Below are positions 11,749 to 24,673 of a stretch of DNA of 64,000 nt, piece after piece. The DNA lies in assembly GCA_964016885.1 (NCBI GenBank), contig OZ024745.1:114638001-114702000 (forward strand). Reading direction: 5' to 3'. Below the pieces are notes generated by a model. The model was given only the letters and a program-made list of their open reading frames with translations. It was not told the DNA's origin and made no database searches. Position numbers and translations under genes: made by a program. This DNA comes from Eledone cirrhosa (Eukaryota). Numbering within the stretch: position 1 is the first letter of the stretch; each line of letters opens with the position of its first letter.

Positions 11749-12580
11749 AGTTGTTGCTACTGCTGCTGCCAGTGTTGTTGTTGTTGCTGTTGCAGTTGTT
11801 GTTTAGCCATGACTATCTCGTCTTTTTAGGCAGTATATCTAGGACTGCATTCATTATCCAATGAACCATTCCTGTTTTAAGACTATATTGAGAAAGATGT
11901 GGCTTATATTTATAGCAGGTCAAGTAAGCACGTAGATGTTTACTTGCTAGTTTGTTTCGTTAATATATTAAATAAGAAATAAAAGAAACTTGTTGCTTAG
12001 TAACAAAGAAAAAAAAAAAAGAAAAAAAATCAATTTTTCTAATCTAAATCATTAAAACATATTCCCTGCTGATATAATTCTTAGAATGGGATTCGCTCTT
12101 ATGCTTCCACTGCTCGAATAATTAACGAGAGACAGATTGGAGCCAACAAAATACCACTACGCGGTCGCGCACTTGCTGAAAATAACAGTTAAATTTATAT
12201 CTTAAACTCTTAAACTAGATATGTTGAACAGTTCAACTTTGATTATAACATGTCTGGAAACACGATAAGCTAGTTACGCCAGTCGGACGATAAAACTTTG
12301 TTACAGAAAACTATAGTAGCTAAACACCTAACTACCATGCAGAATATGCAAATGATAGCTTCGGACGAAAATCATCTCGAAAGATTATCTCCATTTCGAG
12401 ATTCGTAGTCATGCACTTAATATAAACAACTTATTTTTAAAAAAGCACTTCTTACATAAAATATACAGCAAAAACCAAAGTAACCATGCACAATACATAA
12501 ACAAAACACAACAAATAGTATATTGCAATACAACACTAACGGTCAAAAAAGATCTCTGTAGGTGTTGGAAGCAGCCATTA

Positions 12581-12750
12581 ATAATTGTTTCTATTTTAGG
12601 CACAAGGCCGCAATTACCCAGTACATTACTGGTACTTTATTTTATCGACCCCGTAAGGATGAAAGGCAAAGTTAACCTCAGCGGGATTTGAACTCAGAAT
12701 GGCAAGGGCCGTAACTCTATGCGTCAAAGCATGGTGTCCGACTCTCTACC
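12581..12750 (-). mobile_element. SINE family 1
   Basis: Matches the array monomer in reverse. Confidence 0.88.
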
Positions 12751-12893
12751 ATTCATGAGCTCGGTTGGTCTTGCTTGGGGATCCAGCCGGATCAATTGGA
12801 GACGGTTGTTTCTGATAGGAACCTCTGCAAGGTGTGTCTGAGAAGAAGAAGAAGAAGAAGAAGAAGAAGAAGAAGAAGAAGAAGAAGAAGAAG

Positions 12894-12923
<30 letters not shown>
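12751..12923 (+). mobile_element. RTE-like LINE 3' end with (GAA)n tail
   Basis: catgagctcggttggtcttgcttggggatcc...caattggagac matches 45398-45460, followed by (GAA)n. Confidence 0.7.
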
Positions 12924-12924
<1 letters not shown>

Positions 12925-13932
12925 CATGGTGATAATCATTACTATTCACATCAGAATTCTGAGTTCAAATGCCACCGGTGTTGTATTTGCTTTTCGACCC
13001 ACAGAAATGAATAGAGTAAAAAGCATACACCAGAGGACCAGTACCTATTTGTAGCCCTGTACCAATGTAAAAAGTCGTTAGTCCTCTCATAGAGTTCTGG
13101 ATTATTAACGAGTCTAACACAAAATTATTTGCTCGAATTAAATATTTGGTATGAATTTGAAACGTCCTGGAACCTTTTAATAGTCACTAAGCTTCATTGT
13201 CCAACAAAATTACCTTTAATTGATGCACATCTTCTTATAGTCAAAATAAGGCTTTCTTCCCTGAATCACAAAAAGGTTATTGTATTCCAAATACAACCAT
13301 ACGAAATCATGCGCCCGTGTGTATGTGGGGAGTAGCGGTGTGTGTGTGTGTGCAAGTGTACCCCTTCCCCTCTCTCTCTCTCTCTTTCTTTCTCTCTCTC
13401 TCTTAGAACAGGTATATCTGCATATGACGGTTTTCATATCCCAACTTGGATAAACTTGAAACCAACTTGGATAATCTTGTCCAAACATTCGTTTAAATAA
13501 TTTGAAAACTAAAATAATAATCCTCTTATATTGAGACATCTGTCATTTCTTTCCTTCTTTCTTTTCCCCGAGAAAACATATATTGGCAACAAATTAATGA
13601 TTGTATAGGAAATCGATATCGACAAATATTAATAACAGGACGTCTTTATTTGATAAATGGGAACGGGCTGGGTGGGTGAGAGGTGAGAGAAGGACTTGTA
13701 TATCGAAGAGAACAGAAGTCCTATGATTAGTACCATTGGGGGAATAGCCAAGACGATAAATATAGAAAAATATTCTTCGTTAAGGATTGAAAAAACACAC
13801 GGTGACCTACTAACAACGAGACGAATTAATAAGAAAAAAATGTTTGAACGAATTTCATTAAAACAATTTAAATGTACTAATGAAACTGTATAATTGTCCA
13901 TAATCTTTATTTATTTTTTTAATATTCTCAAT

Positions 13933-14075
13933 AGGCAGCGAATTAGCAAAGTCATTAGAACGTCGGGTAGAATGATTTCTATGTATTCGTTCCGGCTCTC
14001 CCTGCCGAGATCAACTTTGCTTTTCATCAATCCGAGGTCGATAAAAAAGTACCAGTCCAGTACCGGGGTCGATTC
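13933..14075 (+). mobile_element. SINE family 1, diverged
   Basis: gagatcaactttgcttttcatc...gaggtcgataaaaaagtaccag. Confidence 0.7.
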
Positions 14076-14088
14076 TTCCTCTTACCGC

Positions 14089-14158
<70 letters not shown>

Positions 14159-14338
14159 CTGGAGAAAAATAAGCTGTGTTCCACCATATGGGTACATGCA
14201 TACATTGGTAGCTGATTTTTGCTATATTGATAACTGTACTTATTATATCGATAACTGTATTACTGATATATTGGTAAATGAATAGTCGCTATATTGATAG
14301 CTATATAGAAAAAAAAAACATTAATTTCTTTTAACAAT

Positions 14339-14523
14339 GGTGGATTGGCAGTATCGATAGAGAGTCGGACGCCATGCTTTCCAGCATAGTTACGTCCCTT
14401 TACGATCTGAGTTCAAATCCCGCCGAGGTTAACTTTGCCTTTCATCCTTACGGGGTCGATAAAATAAAGTACCAGTAATGTACTGGGTAATTACTGGCCT
14501 TGTGCCAAAAAGTAGAAACAATT
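14339..14523 (+). mobile_element. SINE family 1, young copy with 18-bp TSD
   Basis: attaatttcttttaacaa at 14320 and 14521. Confidence 0.92.
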
Positions 14524-14574
14524 AATTTCTTTTAACAAAGCTCAAAGGTTCAATATTTCTAGAAGTAAAAAAGA

Positions 14575-14810
14575 AATTGTCGAGCCCATACACCTCCAAT
14601 GACTTCCAATGAGGGCGTCTCTACGATATCAGTCATTGGATCTGCTAAAGATAGCTGTTAAATCTCCCTCGATTCTCATCATAACTCTTAAAAAAGGGAC
14701 ACGTTGGATAATATAGAGCTGGGTTACTGTCACACAGAGAAAAAGATGGGATGATCAAGGCTGGAACGCCTTTGATTATTATAGGTCCTCTCGATCAAGT
14801 TATAACTGTA
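14575..14810. mobile_element. Unclassified interspersed repeat; probable relatives at ~11790-11950 and ~12130-12330
   Basis: Shared diverged motifs such as tgctaaa(g/a)ata(g/a)c(t/a)gttaaat. Similarity judged by eye. Confidence 0.4.
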
Positions 14811-14987
14811 ACTTATTTGTTGTCTCAGATTGTTGTCGTTCGCCTGATCAGGGATCAGAGATCAGTGATCAGTATCCAGGCCCCACCACGAGAAGGTCAA
14901 TAAGCCTGGACACCATTCCTATGGCTAAACAACGGCAATGGCGTGAAGATAAAGCCACATCAAAAAGAATTTTATATATATATATAT

Positions 14988-15164
14988 ACATTTAATATAG
15001 AAAAACTGTTTCATTCGAAGGAAATCATCGGGGCTTTTTTCCTGATGATTTCCTTCGAATGAAACAGTTCTAGTCCCGTAGACGCCATTTCTATATTAAA
15101 AATGTATACTCTGCTATGTATTGAGTACCTTTCTTACTGTGGTGACCCCCGATTGATCCCGGGA

Positions 15165-15168
<4 letters not shown>
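14988..15168 (+). mobile_element. Palindromic hammerhead-core element between (TA)n tracts
   Basis: CTGATGA-tttccttcgaat-GAAAC at 15042-15065, with an inverted copy at 15004-15032. Outer IR tttaatatagaaa / tttctatattaaa. Confidence 0.65.
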
Positions 15169-15584
<416 letters not shown>

Positions 15585-15694
15585 TATATACACACAGACA
15601 TATACACACATATCAGAAATTGGATTCCACTAATATACTAATATAAGAGAAAATAATATCTCAATATTCTATTTATTTTTGTCTCATCTAATCT

Positions 15695-16020
15695 CTCCAC
15701 CACCACCACCATCACTGCCATCACCGCCTCCACCCACCCCCCTCGCACCACCGCCACCACCGCCACTACCATCATTATAGTCACCACTACCACCAACAAC
15801 ATCACCATATCACCCACCCCACCACCGCCATCACTACCACCTATACCACCTATACCACCACCACCACCACCACCACCACTATAATCATTATAGTCACCAC
15901 TACCACCAACAACATCACCATATCCCCCACCCCACCGCCATCACTACCACCTATACCACCTATACCACCTATACCACCACCACCACCACCACCACCACCA
16001 CCACCACCACTATAATCATC
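15695..16020. repeat. (CCA)n-rich tract with a ~113-bp internal duplication
   Basis: atcattatagtcaccactaccaccaacaacatcaccatatc at 15771 and 15884. Confidence 0.85.
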
Positions 16021-16308
16021 GAAAGGTTATTGTATATAGTCATATATTTTGCAAGATCGTGTAATTGCCACGCAAGGTTTAAAGGATTATGTATTGATAA
16101 CATTGAGTTAGTAAAATTCTTCATACTAGGAGTAGAAGTATGTTGTAAGTTTTACGTGTTGCACATCTAGCAACTATCTGAGAATTATTGATTTCAGTTG
16201 TCACCTTAACAAATCAACTAAAATATTCTGCTTGTAATTCTCTCAGCAAGAGGTTTCTATTAGAAAGAATTTGTGTACGGATATGTAGGTATGTGTAGGT
16301 ATATATAC

Positions 16309-16355
<47 letters not shown>

Positions 16356-16388
16356 TGTATATATATACTGTATATATATATATATGTA

Positions 16389-16446
<58 letters not shown>

Positions 16447-16527
16447 TATATATATATATATATATATATACTGTATATATATATATATACTGTATATATA
16501 TATACTGTATATATATATATATATACA

Positions 16528-16612
<85 letters not shown>

Positions 16613-16688
16613 TATATATATATATATATATATACAGTATATATATATATATATATATACAGTATATATATATATATATATATATACA

Positions 16689-17100
<412 letters not shown>

Positions 17101-17176
17101 CATATATACACATATACATATATATATATATATATACATATATATACATATATATATACATAAATATGTATATATG

Positions 17177-17249
<73 letters not shown>

Positions 17250-17297
17250 ATGTATGTAATAAATGAGTAACGGGTTTCGGAAATAACGCATCAATAA

Positions 17298-17491
17298 TGG
17301 TTTCTGATTTAGGCACAAGGCCAGCAATTTGGGGTGAAGGGGGGGGGGGGGGTAGTCGATTATGTCGACTCCAGAATTTAACTGGTACTTTATTTCATCG
17401 ACCTCGTAAGGATGAAAGGAAAAGCTAACCTCGGCGAAATTTGAACTACGAAGCATTCGGTCCGACGCTCTAACGTGTCTGCCAATCCACC
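17298..17491 (-). mobile_element. SINE family 1
   Basis: Core and head recognisable in reverse. Confidence 0.82.
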
Positions 17492-17664
17492 TCAGTGACA
17501 AACATGGCAAAATACTTTTTTCATTTACACTATCAAAAGTGAAGTAAAATTGACATATTCTTTATTACAATAAAGATGGTGGCACAAAGTGACAAATACG
17601 AAGGTTCAATGCCGAGCAAAGACAGCTATGGTTGAAACAATGATCGGGAATAACTGTCTCAGAT

Positions 17665-17915
17665 AGCTTAGTTATGTATGCCGAATGGAAGATAGTCGCA
17701 TTCCAAAACAACTCCTGTTTGGTGAATTAGCCAGTGGCAAGAGAAGAGAGGCCGCCCACGGAAACACTGGAAGGACTTCATTAAAGAGGATCTGAACGAC
17801 TTTGGCTTCAACCTCTCCTCAATATGCCTGCAGGAAATAGATAAAGAATGGCTGCGTTCTTTCAGAAGCGTAATTTGCCCAGCCAGCGGAGAGGCGTCGA
17901 AGACGACGCCATAAC
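17665..17915 (+). mobile_element. RTE LINE 3' fragment
   Basis: Translates to [23 protein letters not shown]...GRPRKHWKDFIKEDL, paralogous to [23 protein letters not shown] of the large RTE. Confidence 0.8.
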
Positions 17916-18298
17916 GAGAGTTCTCCTCGTCAATAATGACGGGCACGAGAAAAGAAATATTACAATGGAATACTTTTATGTTGCTCACTCCTGTATATCC
18001 TTTTAAAGCTCTTGTTTTACATTGAAAACTATAATTTAAAAAAAAAAGGACTCCGCAGTTACCTTCGATTTTATGGATTTTCGGTATTAATGGAAACACA
18101 CTTCCCCGGTCATTCGAAAGTTTACTGTATGTGGGTCTCTCTCTCTCTCTCTCCCTCTCCCTCTCTCTCTCTTTCTCTCTCCCACTCTTTCTTTCTCTCC
18201 CTCTCTCTCTCTCTCTCTCTCTCCCTCTCTGTGAATGTTGATTATTTTTGCTTGAAATCGTGGATAGCGTTGGTTTGATGTGGATTTGTTTAACTTAA

Positions 18299-18349
<51 letters not shown>

Positions 18350-18421
18350 TCTTTCACCTGTTCCAGCCATCCGGCTGGGGCCATGCTGGGGCACCGCCCT
18401 TGAAAAAAGAAACTTAGCTTA

Positions 18422-18463
18422 CGTCCCTGGGTGGACTCGAACCACCAACCTTTCGGTTAACAG
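18422..18463 (-). pseudogene. tRNA-Asn: tRNA-Asn(GTT) 3' half (pseudogene) followed by a T-run
   Basis: ctGTTaaccgaaaggttggtggttcgagtccacccagggacg matches eukaryotic tRNA-Asn from the anticodon loop to the 3' end. The 5' half is degraded. Confidence 0.8.
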
Positions 18464-18636
18464 ATTTTTGTAAGGTGTTAACCAATTAGAGTTGAGCTAT
18501 CCACACTCCAGTCAGTTAACGGTGATGGCAATAGAATAAAGCACTCTAAGTTCGTTTTGATAGTCCAAGATGGAATATTCATACAGTACTGTAAGTATTA
18601 GCGAAGCTTATTTGAAGTTGTGCATAAATCTATTCA

Positions 18637-18717
18637 GCTATTATACATATTTCTCTGGCGCCGGTGATTAGGTGATGTGATCACCACGTAATCGTCGGCC
18701 CGAGTTCATCAGACAGC
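18637..18717 (-). ncRNA. Type I hammerhead motif with long stem II
   Basis: gctgt-CTGATGA-actcgggccg...ggtgat-cac-atcacc...cggcgccaga-GAAA-T-ATGT-ATA-atagc. Confidence 0.75.
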
Positions 18718-19586
18718 ATTCAGAAATAAAGAGAAGCAGCTTCTAAAGTTTATCGATACTAGAGCCGGCATAGAGCCTGTTCCTATCTAGCTCGCTGAAC
18801 CCCCCTCCCTCCCCCGTATGATTTCTGCTCTTCTCGAACAGGTGTTAGAGATGAGTAGAAATCTACACGAAACCAATGTTATCCACGAATTTTACCACAT
18901 AAGGTAAAACCAATCACACCCATCAAAACCATACTTAAGCACCTCCACCATAACATTAACAAAACTACACCAATTACTAGTAGAGAAGCGACAGTCGTCA
19001 TCAGGCTGGCGTCATCATATTAAGTAGTTTGTATATTACTCTGCCGTATGTGTATGGGGTGTGTATTTATATATACAAACATGAAGAAAAAGCCCTGAGT
19101 ACATAAATACAGTTCATTATGGGTAACAACAATTTAAACTGAGATTTTTGAATACCATTGTTACTCCAAGTAGAGTTTGTTTCTACTTTTCCACACAACT
19201 AAGCTATGTCGATAAACGTCAACGGGAAACTAGAGTAATACCAATGTGAACTATCAGCTGTAAAGGCTATAAATACCTCAAACAGACGGGCAGCAAATAG
19301 ACAAGGTCGTTAATATGTCGGACAACATGCTTTGTTGTATTTGTGCCTTCTGCAGTTGGAGAATGGAGAATGTACGGCTTCTTCTTCTTCTTCTTCTTCT
19401 TCTTCTTCTTCTTCTTCTTCTTCTTCTTCTACATAGGAGGATTGCGGGTGAGGAGTCCTCAAACATATCGCCATAGTCATCAAATAGTGTGAGACCCCTA
19501 ATAACATTCCTCTTATTGTACTGTAATTTCATCGAGTTCCCTCATTATCATTTTTCTTGATAAGCTTACAGTACATACGTACAAAC

Positions 19587-19662
<76 letters not shown>

Positions 19663-19900
19663 ACACGGAAAAACAAATGCCAAAGACAAACGAACAAAAG
19701 TATTCAATTTCCTCGTTATGGAATACGATTTCGTGCATAAGGTTGCTGACTAGAAAATTTGATGCATTTGTTCGCTTGTCCACTGCATCTGTTTTCCGTA
19801 TACAACTTTCTTTCTTAATATTATATATATTATCAAAACTATATATATATATATATATATATATGATAATAAGGGCGCTGCGGAGTTGCAAATGGGTTAC

Positions 19901-20003
19901 ATATGAAAAAAGTTTTGTCCTTCATCAGTGATCTTCCAACCATCATAGGCATTTGAAATGCCTATGATGGTTGGAAGATCACTGATGAAGGACAAACTTT
20001 TTT

Positions 20004-20007
<4 letters not shown>
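19901..20007. repeat. Near-perfect palindrome between (TA)n tracts, with CTGATGA in each arm; single-arm relative at 39007-39105
   Basis: atgaaaaaagttttgtccttcatcagtgatcttccaaccatcataggcattt-g-aaatgcctatgatggttggaagatcactgatgaaggacaaacttttttcat. Confidence 0.85.
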
Positions 20008-20040
<33 letters not shown>

Positions 20041-21140
20041 GATTGGCGTAGAAGACATTGGAAACATTTGAAAGTGGAAACGTCTGCGTCCAAACGCAAA
20101 TGTCCCTAATAATACTTTCTTTATTAACCACAAGGGTTTTATGTCCCTAATAATGTCTATCAATATACAGTAATCCCACTTTGTTTGAACTTCTGTAAAA
20201 TATCTGAAAAAAAAAGAGAGAAGTAGTGGCCATCGGCTCCTTAATGTAATGGTTAAGATATGCTCCCGGCATCCGACAGATGCGGCGTTCGATTTCTTGT
20301 TCAATATTTTCCATTTCTAGGGGTACCTGATTTTTCTCAACTATTATTTATACAGATCGACTATTATTATCGACATTTGTGTTGAACACACAAATTTCAG
20401 GTATATAGATATATATATATATATAATATATATAGATATATAGATAGATGGATAGATAGACACGCTCAAATATATGTATATCTGTGTATGTGTGTGTATG
20501 TATACATTTCCATATATATATATATATATATATACACTAATCTATTTGTTATGAAAAGAAATGGTTATCACTCATTTAAATTCTGAGGTCATTGTTTGTG
20601 TTTTCGCTTCCTCTTACTATGTCTTCCTCCTCCACCACGACCACCACCACAGCCAACACCAACACCACCACCACCATAGCAGTACTTCGAACTTTCTTTC
20701 GTTGTCTTTTGTGGTATTTTTCGTGCTACTCTGAACCATCACGTGTAGCCAGCTGTGATGGCGGCAGTTGGTGGTGGACGGATGAAGAGAGTGTTATAAT
20801 GAGATGTTGTAAGGATGAGGTATAAGAGAAAGAGAGTGACAACAGTATTATGAATTTTCCTACGTCATACTAATATGGAATAGACCTTTCTGTTTTGTCA
20901 TTGGAATAGCAAACACCCACGCTGTGACGTTATTTTTATCTTCGCAAGGAACTTCCCTTGTTTTGACGTCAATTACCATATAAGGTATTGGAATTCCTTC
21001 AGTGAGAGAATACCGCGAAGCTTCGTCGATTTTGGAGGAGGGACTCTTTACTTTTTCAAACAACTTTTCTGCGCATGCTTATCTGTGTTCGTTTGAAAGT
21101 CAAACTACTAGGAAGCAACTTTAAGCATTTCATAGCCATA

Positions 21141-21171
<31 letters not shown>

Positions 21172-21350
21172 GGTTTTTTTTCTTGTTTTTATTATTTTTT
21201 TATCTGGTCATTTTATGTTTTCATACCTGTGTTTCTACTATGGTATTTAACTGAAACATGTTATCGCCTTAATTATTTAATCATTTCAGACGTATGTTTT
21301 TTGTTGTTTTAGTTTGTGTGTGTGTTTATATATATATATATATATATATA

Positions 21351-21430
21351 TAGGAAAATGTTCAAGATATATATATGAAAATGTTCAAGACCCCGACGGC
21401 AGAGCTCAAGCCGATTCGACGGCTATTTCT

Positions 21431-21433
<3 letters not shown>
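21351..21433 (-). mobile_element. Family G single-arm remnant in (TA)n
   Basis: gaccccgacggcagagctcaagccgattcgacggctatttctgga, ending at the position of the palindrome centre. Confidence 0.75.
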
Positions 21434-21480
<47 letters not shown>

Positions 21481-21487
21481 TTGTATT

Positions 21488-21522
<35 letters not shown>

Positions 21523-21692
21523 AGTAAGAATATTTTCGAAACAGCGAGCGAAATGGAAAAAGATGAGTATTGACTTACATGTACGCCAATACTCATCTTT
21601 TTCCATTTCTCCGAGGGTTCTTAACCCCACTATCAGGCTAAATAATTTCTTTAATTTCTTTAGTCAAAATACGGCGATAGCTTATATATATG

Positions 21693-21741
<49 letters not shown>

Positions 21742-22059
21742 TCATTTATTTTTCCTACTAATTGATTGAAATATGTATTATCATGTTAAATGAATTCGAT
21801 TTATTTTAACCTCATGATTTAAAAGTTACATATATAAATATGATAATCGATTAACGGTTTCCAAGTCGTGGATATGTAAACGCGCGCACCTGTGTGTGTA
21901 CATGTCTACGTAAACCCCCACCCCACCCCCACCCCTTGCTGTTGCTATCCTGTGTTGATATATCACTATCATCTTCTTAACCACTCGACCTTATGCTCAC
22001 CTTAATGGTAATAGATAAATAGATAAATGAATAAATAAACAAACAAACAAACAAACAAA

Positions 22060-22098
<39 letters not shown>

Positions 22099-22404
22099 CT
22101 GTATTGAGATTAATCAATACACAAGAATGTCCGCGTTCCTCTTATTGCTGTTGCTGACCTTCGGGAAACAAGTAAGAACATTATAAATTCATCACATGAA
22201 ATTGAGGCATTGTATATTATGTAATTAAAACAATCAACAGATTCAACTATATTATGATTATATTGATAGCTAATTTTTGGAAGTAATAAGAATAGTCACT
22301 CAATTGGTTCCAGTCTGTTTATGGTTATTTCATCAGCTCCTGTGTATTTATTTTATCGATCGATCTCAAGGACATTTGTGTATTGAATTACGAATACCAG
22401 AAAT

Positions 22405-22845
22405 AATAGTCTCTAGGCCAAAAATTCTGGAGTAGGAAGAAAGAAAAGTCGATTATATTAACCCCAGTATTTGACTGCTATTTTATTTCATTGACCCCGA
22501 AAGGTTGAAAGGTAAAGTTGATCTAGGTGGGATTTGAAACCAGAACGCAGAAGGTCATAACGAAATACTGTAAGACGTGTCATCCGACGCTCTAACGATT
22601 CTGTCAATCCACCACCCTGTCAATGCCAGAAATAATAGTTTCTGATTTAAGCACAAGGCCAGCAATTTACGGATAGGTAAAGTCGATTATATCGACCCCT
22701 GTACTTGAATGGCATTTTATTTTATCGAACTTGGAAGGATGAAAGGCAAAGTTGACCTCGACAGGGTTTGAGCTCAGAACGTTAAGAGCCGAAACAAATA
22801 CTGCAAAGGCATTCTGTCCGACTCCCTAGCAATTCTGCCAATCCC
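22405..22845 (-). mobile_element. Two adjacent diverged SINE family 1 copies
   Basis: Cores at ~22490-22545 and ~22720-22780. taccagaaataatagt / tgccagaaataatagt flanks the first copy. Confidence 0.8.
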
Positions 22846-23199
22846 CACAATGGTGAACCAGTTTTTCCATGGGGTTCTCTGTCATCACTATTTTCATTGT
22901 GTCCGTCTCCATCATTCCTCAAGCTATACCTCCAGAACTAATTGAATTCAGTACAATGTACGTATACCGAGTTTGTATCGAATCGGCAGTGCCCCTCGGT
23001 AGCACTGCTAGGCCTAGAAATTATCCATGATTCTCAGACCGAAAGTCCTCCGGAACCGATTAATCAATTCATTCTAGTCAACGCCTAGATTTTCCCCGAG
23101 AACGTCATCACTCTTTCTTAGAAGTCCTCTATAGAGACATGCCTGACAAAATCAGGACACACCAGTTTATTGTTTAAGAATGTCTGTAGATGCCGCAAC

Positions 23200-23990
23200 A
23201 TCAGCGCATATCTGCGCACCAATGGCCACTGCTGAGACCGCCGCGTAGAAGTTGACAGCAAGTGGACCACCTGATCAGTGAAATGTCTCCCTTCCTCAAG
23301 AAGCGAAAGAGGAGACGGTTCGACCTGGTCACGCGAAAACTAGGGCAAGATACGATGGACTTGTCTCTCCAGGTAGCGAGTTGCAAGCCCACCGACTTGT
23401 CCAGATTGATTTTTGCCCATGTCTCCGCCTCGTATTCTTTTAGAACGGTGCCAATCCAACCCGGTCCGTCAGCTACCTATTTGAGGTTTTGTTGCTACGT
23501 CACGCCGCTGTCACACGAGGCCATCGAACGGCTTTCGTTCATTCGTGTCTTAAAGTATGTTTTAGCTCTGATAATGCAACATTCGTGTTTTGTAAAGAAA
23601 AAATCATCGAGGGTCATTGCGCTGTGGTTGTTCCATATCCACATGCGGGGTTTCCTGTCGGTACCTGTAAGACAGTTAGAGACGTCTGAGCAGGTTTGCG
23701 ATGTTTTCGCATCCCATTTCCCTATTGGCTAGTCCTACACAGTAACATTATGTGTCTAAGATACACTTGAAATCCTCAACTAGCTCTGATGATCTGGATG
23801 TTCCCAGGAAGGCTTCTAGAAGCCTGAAGAAATATGATCGCTCTGTCACCAATCTAAAACCACCTCTTTCGCTACCGCTCACGTTCAGCAGCACCAACCT
23901 TCCTTCCGGATCCAGGAAGATCGTACTTACTTCGAGATCCAGACCTTTCTAGAACAGCACTATCACCCAGACTCTCGCTTCTGACAGACC
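23200..23990 (+). pseudogene. Degraded GC-richer coding remnant, possibly a Tx1/L1-type ORF1
   Basis: Non-repetitive ORFs 23262-23732 and 23752-23952 (LPSGSRKIVLTSRSRPF resembles the region before an ORF1 zinc knuckle). Weak similarity only. Confidence 0.3.
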
Positions 23991-24054
23991 ACCAGATGCA
24001 AACACCCCTTAGATGTAGAAAACTGACACGAGAGATCGGGCCCCGAAAATTCTG

Positions 24055-24292
24055 GTCTTGCTGGTGGCTAATACATCTTTTGCTACTGATTTGAGATCTT
24101 CTGGTGGTCTAATTGATGGCTAATACATCTTTTCTACAGATTTGAGATCTTCCGATGGTTTTATTGATGGCTAACACATCTTTTGCTACAGATTTGGTGG
24201 TCTTATTGATGGCTAATACATCTTTTGCTACCGACATAGGATCCGCTGGTTTTGCTAATGGCTAATATATCTATTGATATCGACTTGAGATT
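24055..24292. repeat. ~45-bp degenerate tandem repeat, about 5 units
   Basis: Repeated gatggctaatacatcttttgctacagatttgagatct. Confidence 0.85.
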
Positions 24293-24484
24293 GTTCTGCA
24301 AGTGACCATTCTTCCACGCTGACCTCAGGCCACGTATGCTTATACTTTCTACTATAATGTATCGGAGATATATAGAAAGGAAAGGGGAGAAGTTCTTAGT
24401 CTTCGAGAAGGCCGGTTGATCCTGATCCGGTTTTCCCTACAAAGGAAAAGGGGTTCTCTTGGACTTTTATTATTAGGATTTAAA

Positions 24485-24673
24485 GGGCGGTGAATTGGCA
24501 GTATCGGTAGAGGGTTGGACGCCATGCTTTCTAGCATAGTTACGTCCCTTTACAGTCTGAGTTCAAATCCCGCCGAGGTTAACTTTGCCTTTCATCCTTA
24601 CGGGGTCGATAAAATAAAGTACCAGTAATGTACTGGGTAGTTGCTGGCCTTGTGCCTAAAGTAGAAACAATTA
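24485..24673 (+). mobile_element. SINE family 1 with TSD
   Basis: attattaggatttaaa on both sides. Confidence 0.92.

Noticed and set aside
18985-19010. Minus-strand CTGATGA-cgac-t-gtcg
   Set aside because: No GAAA strand.
23786-23815. CTGATGA-tctgg...ccag-GAAG
   Set aside because: Core strand is wrong, no stems I or III, and it lies within a coding-like remnant.
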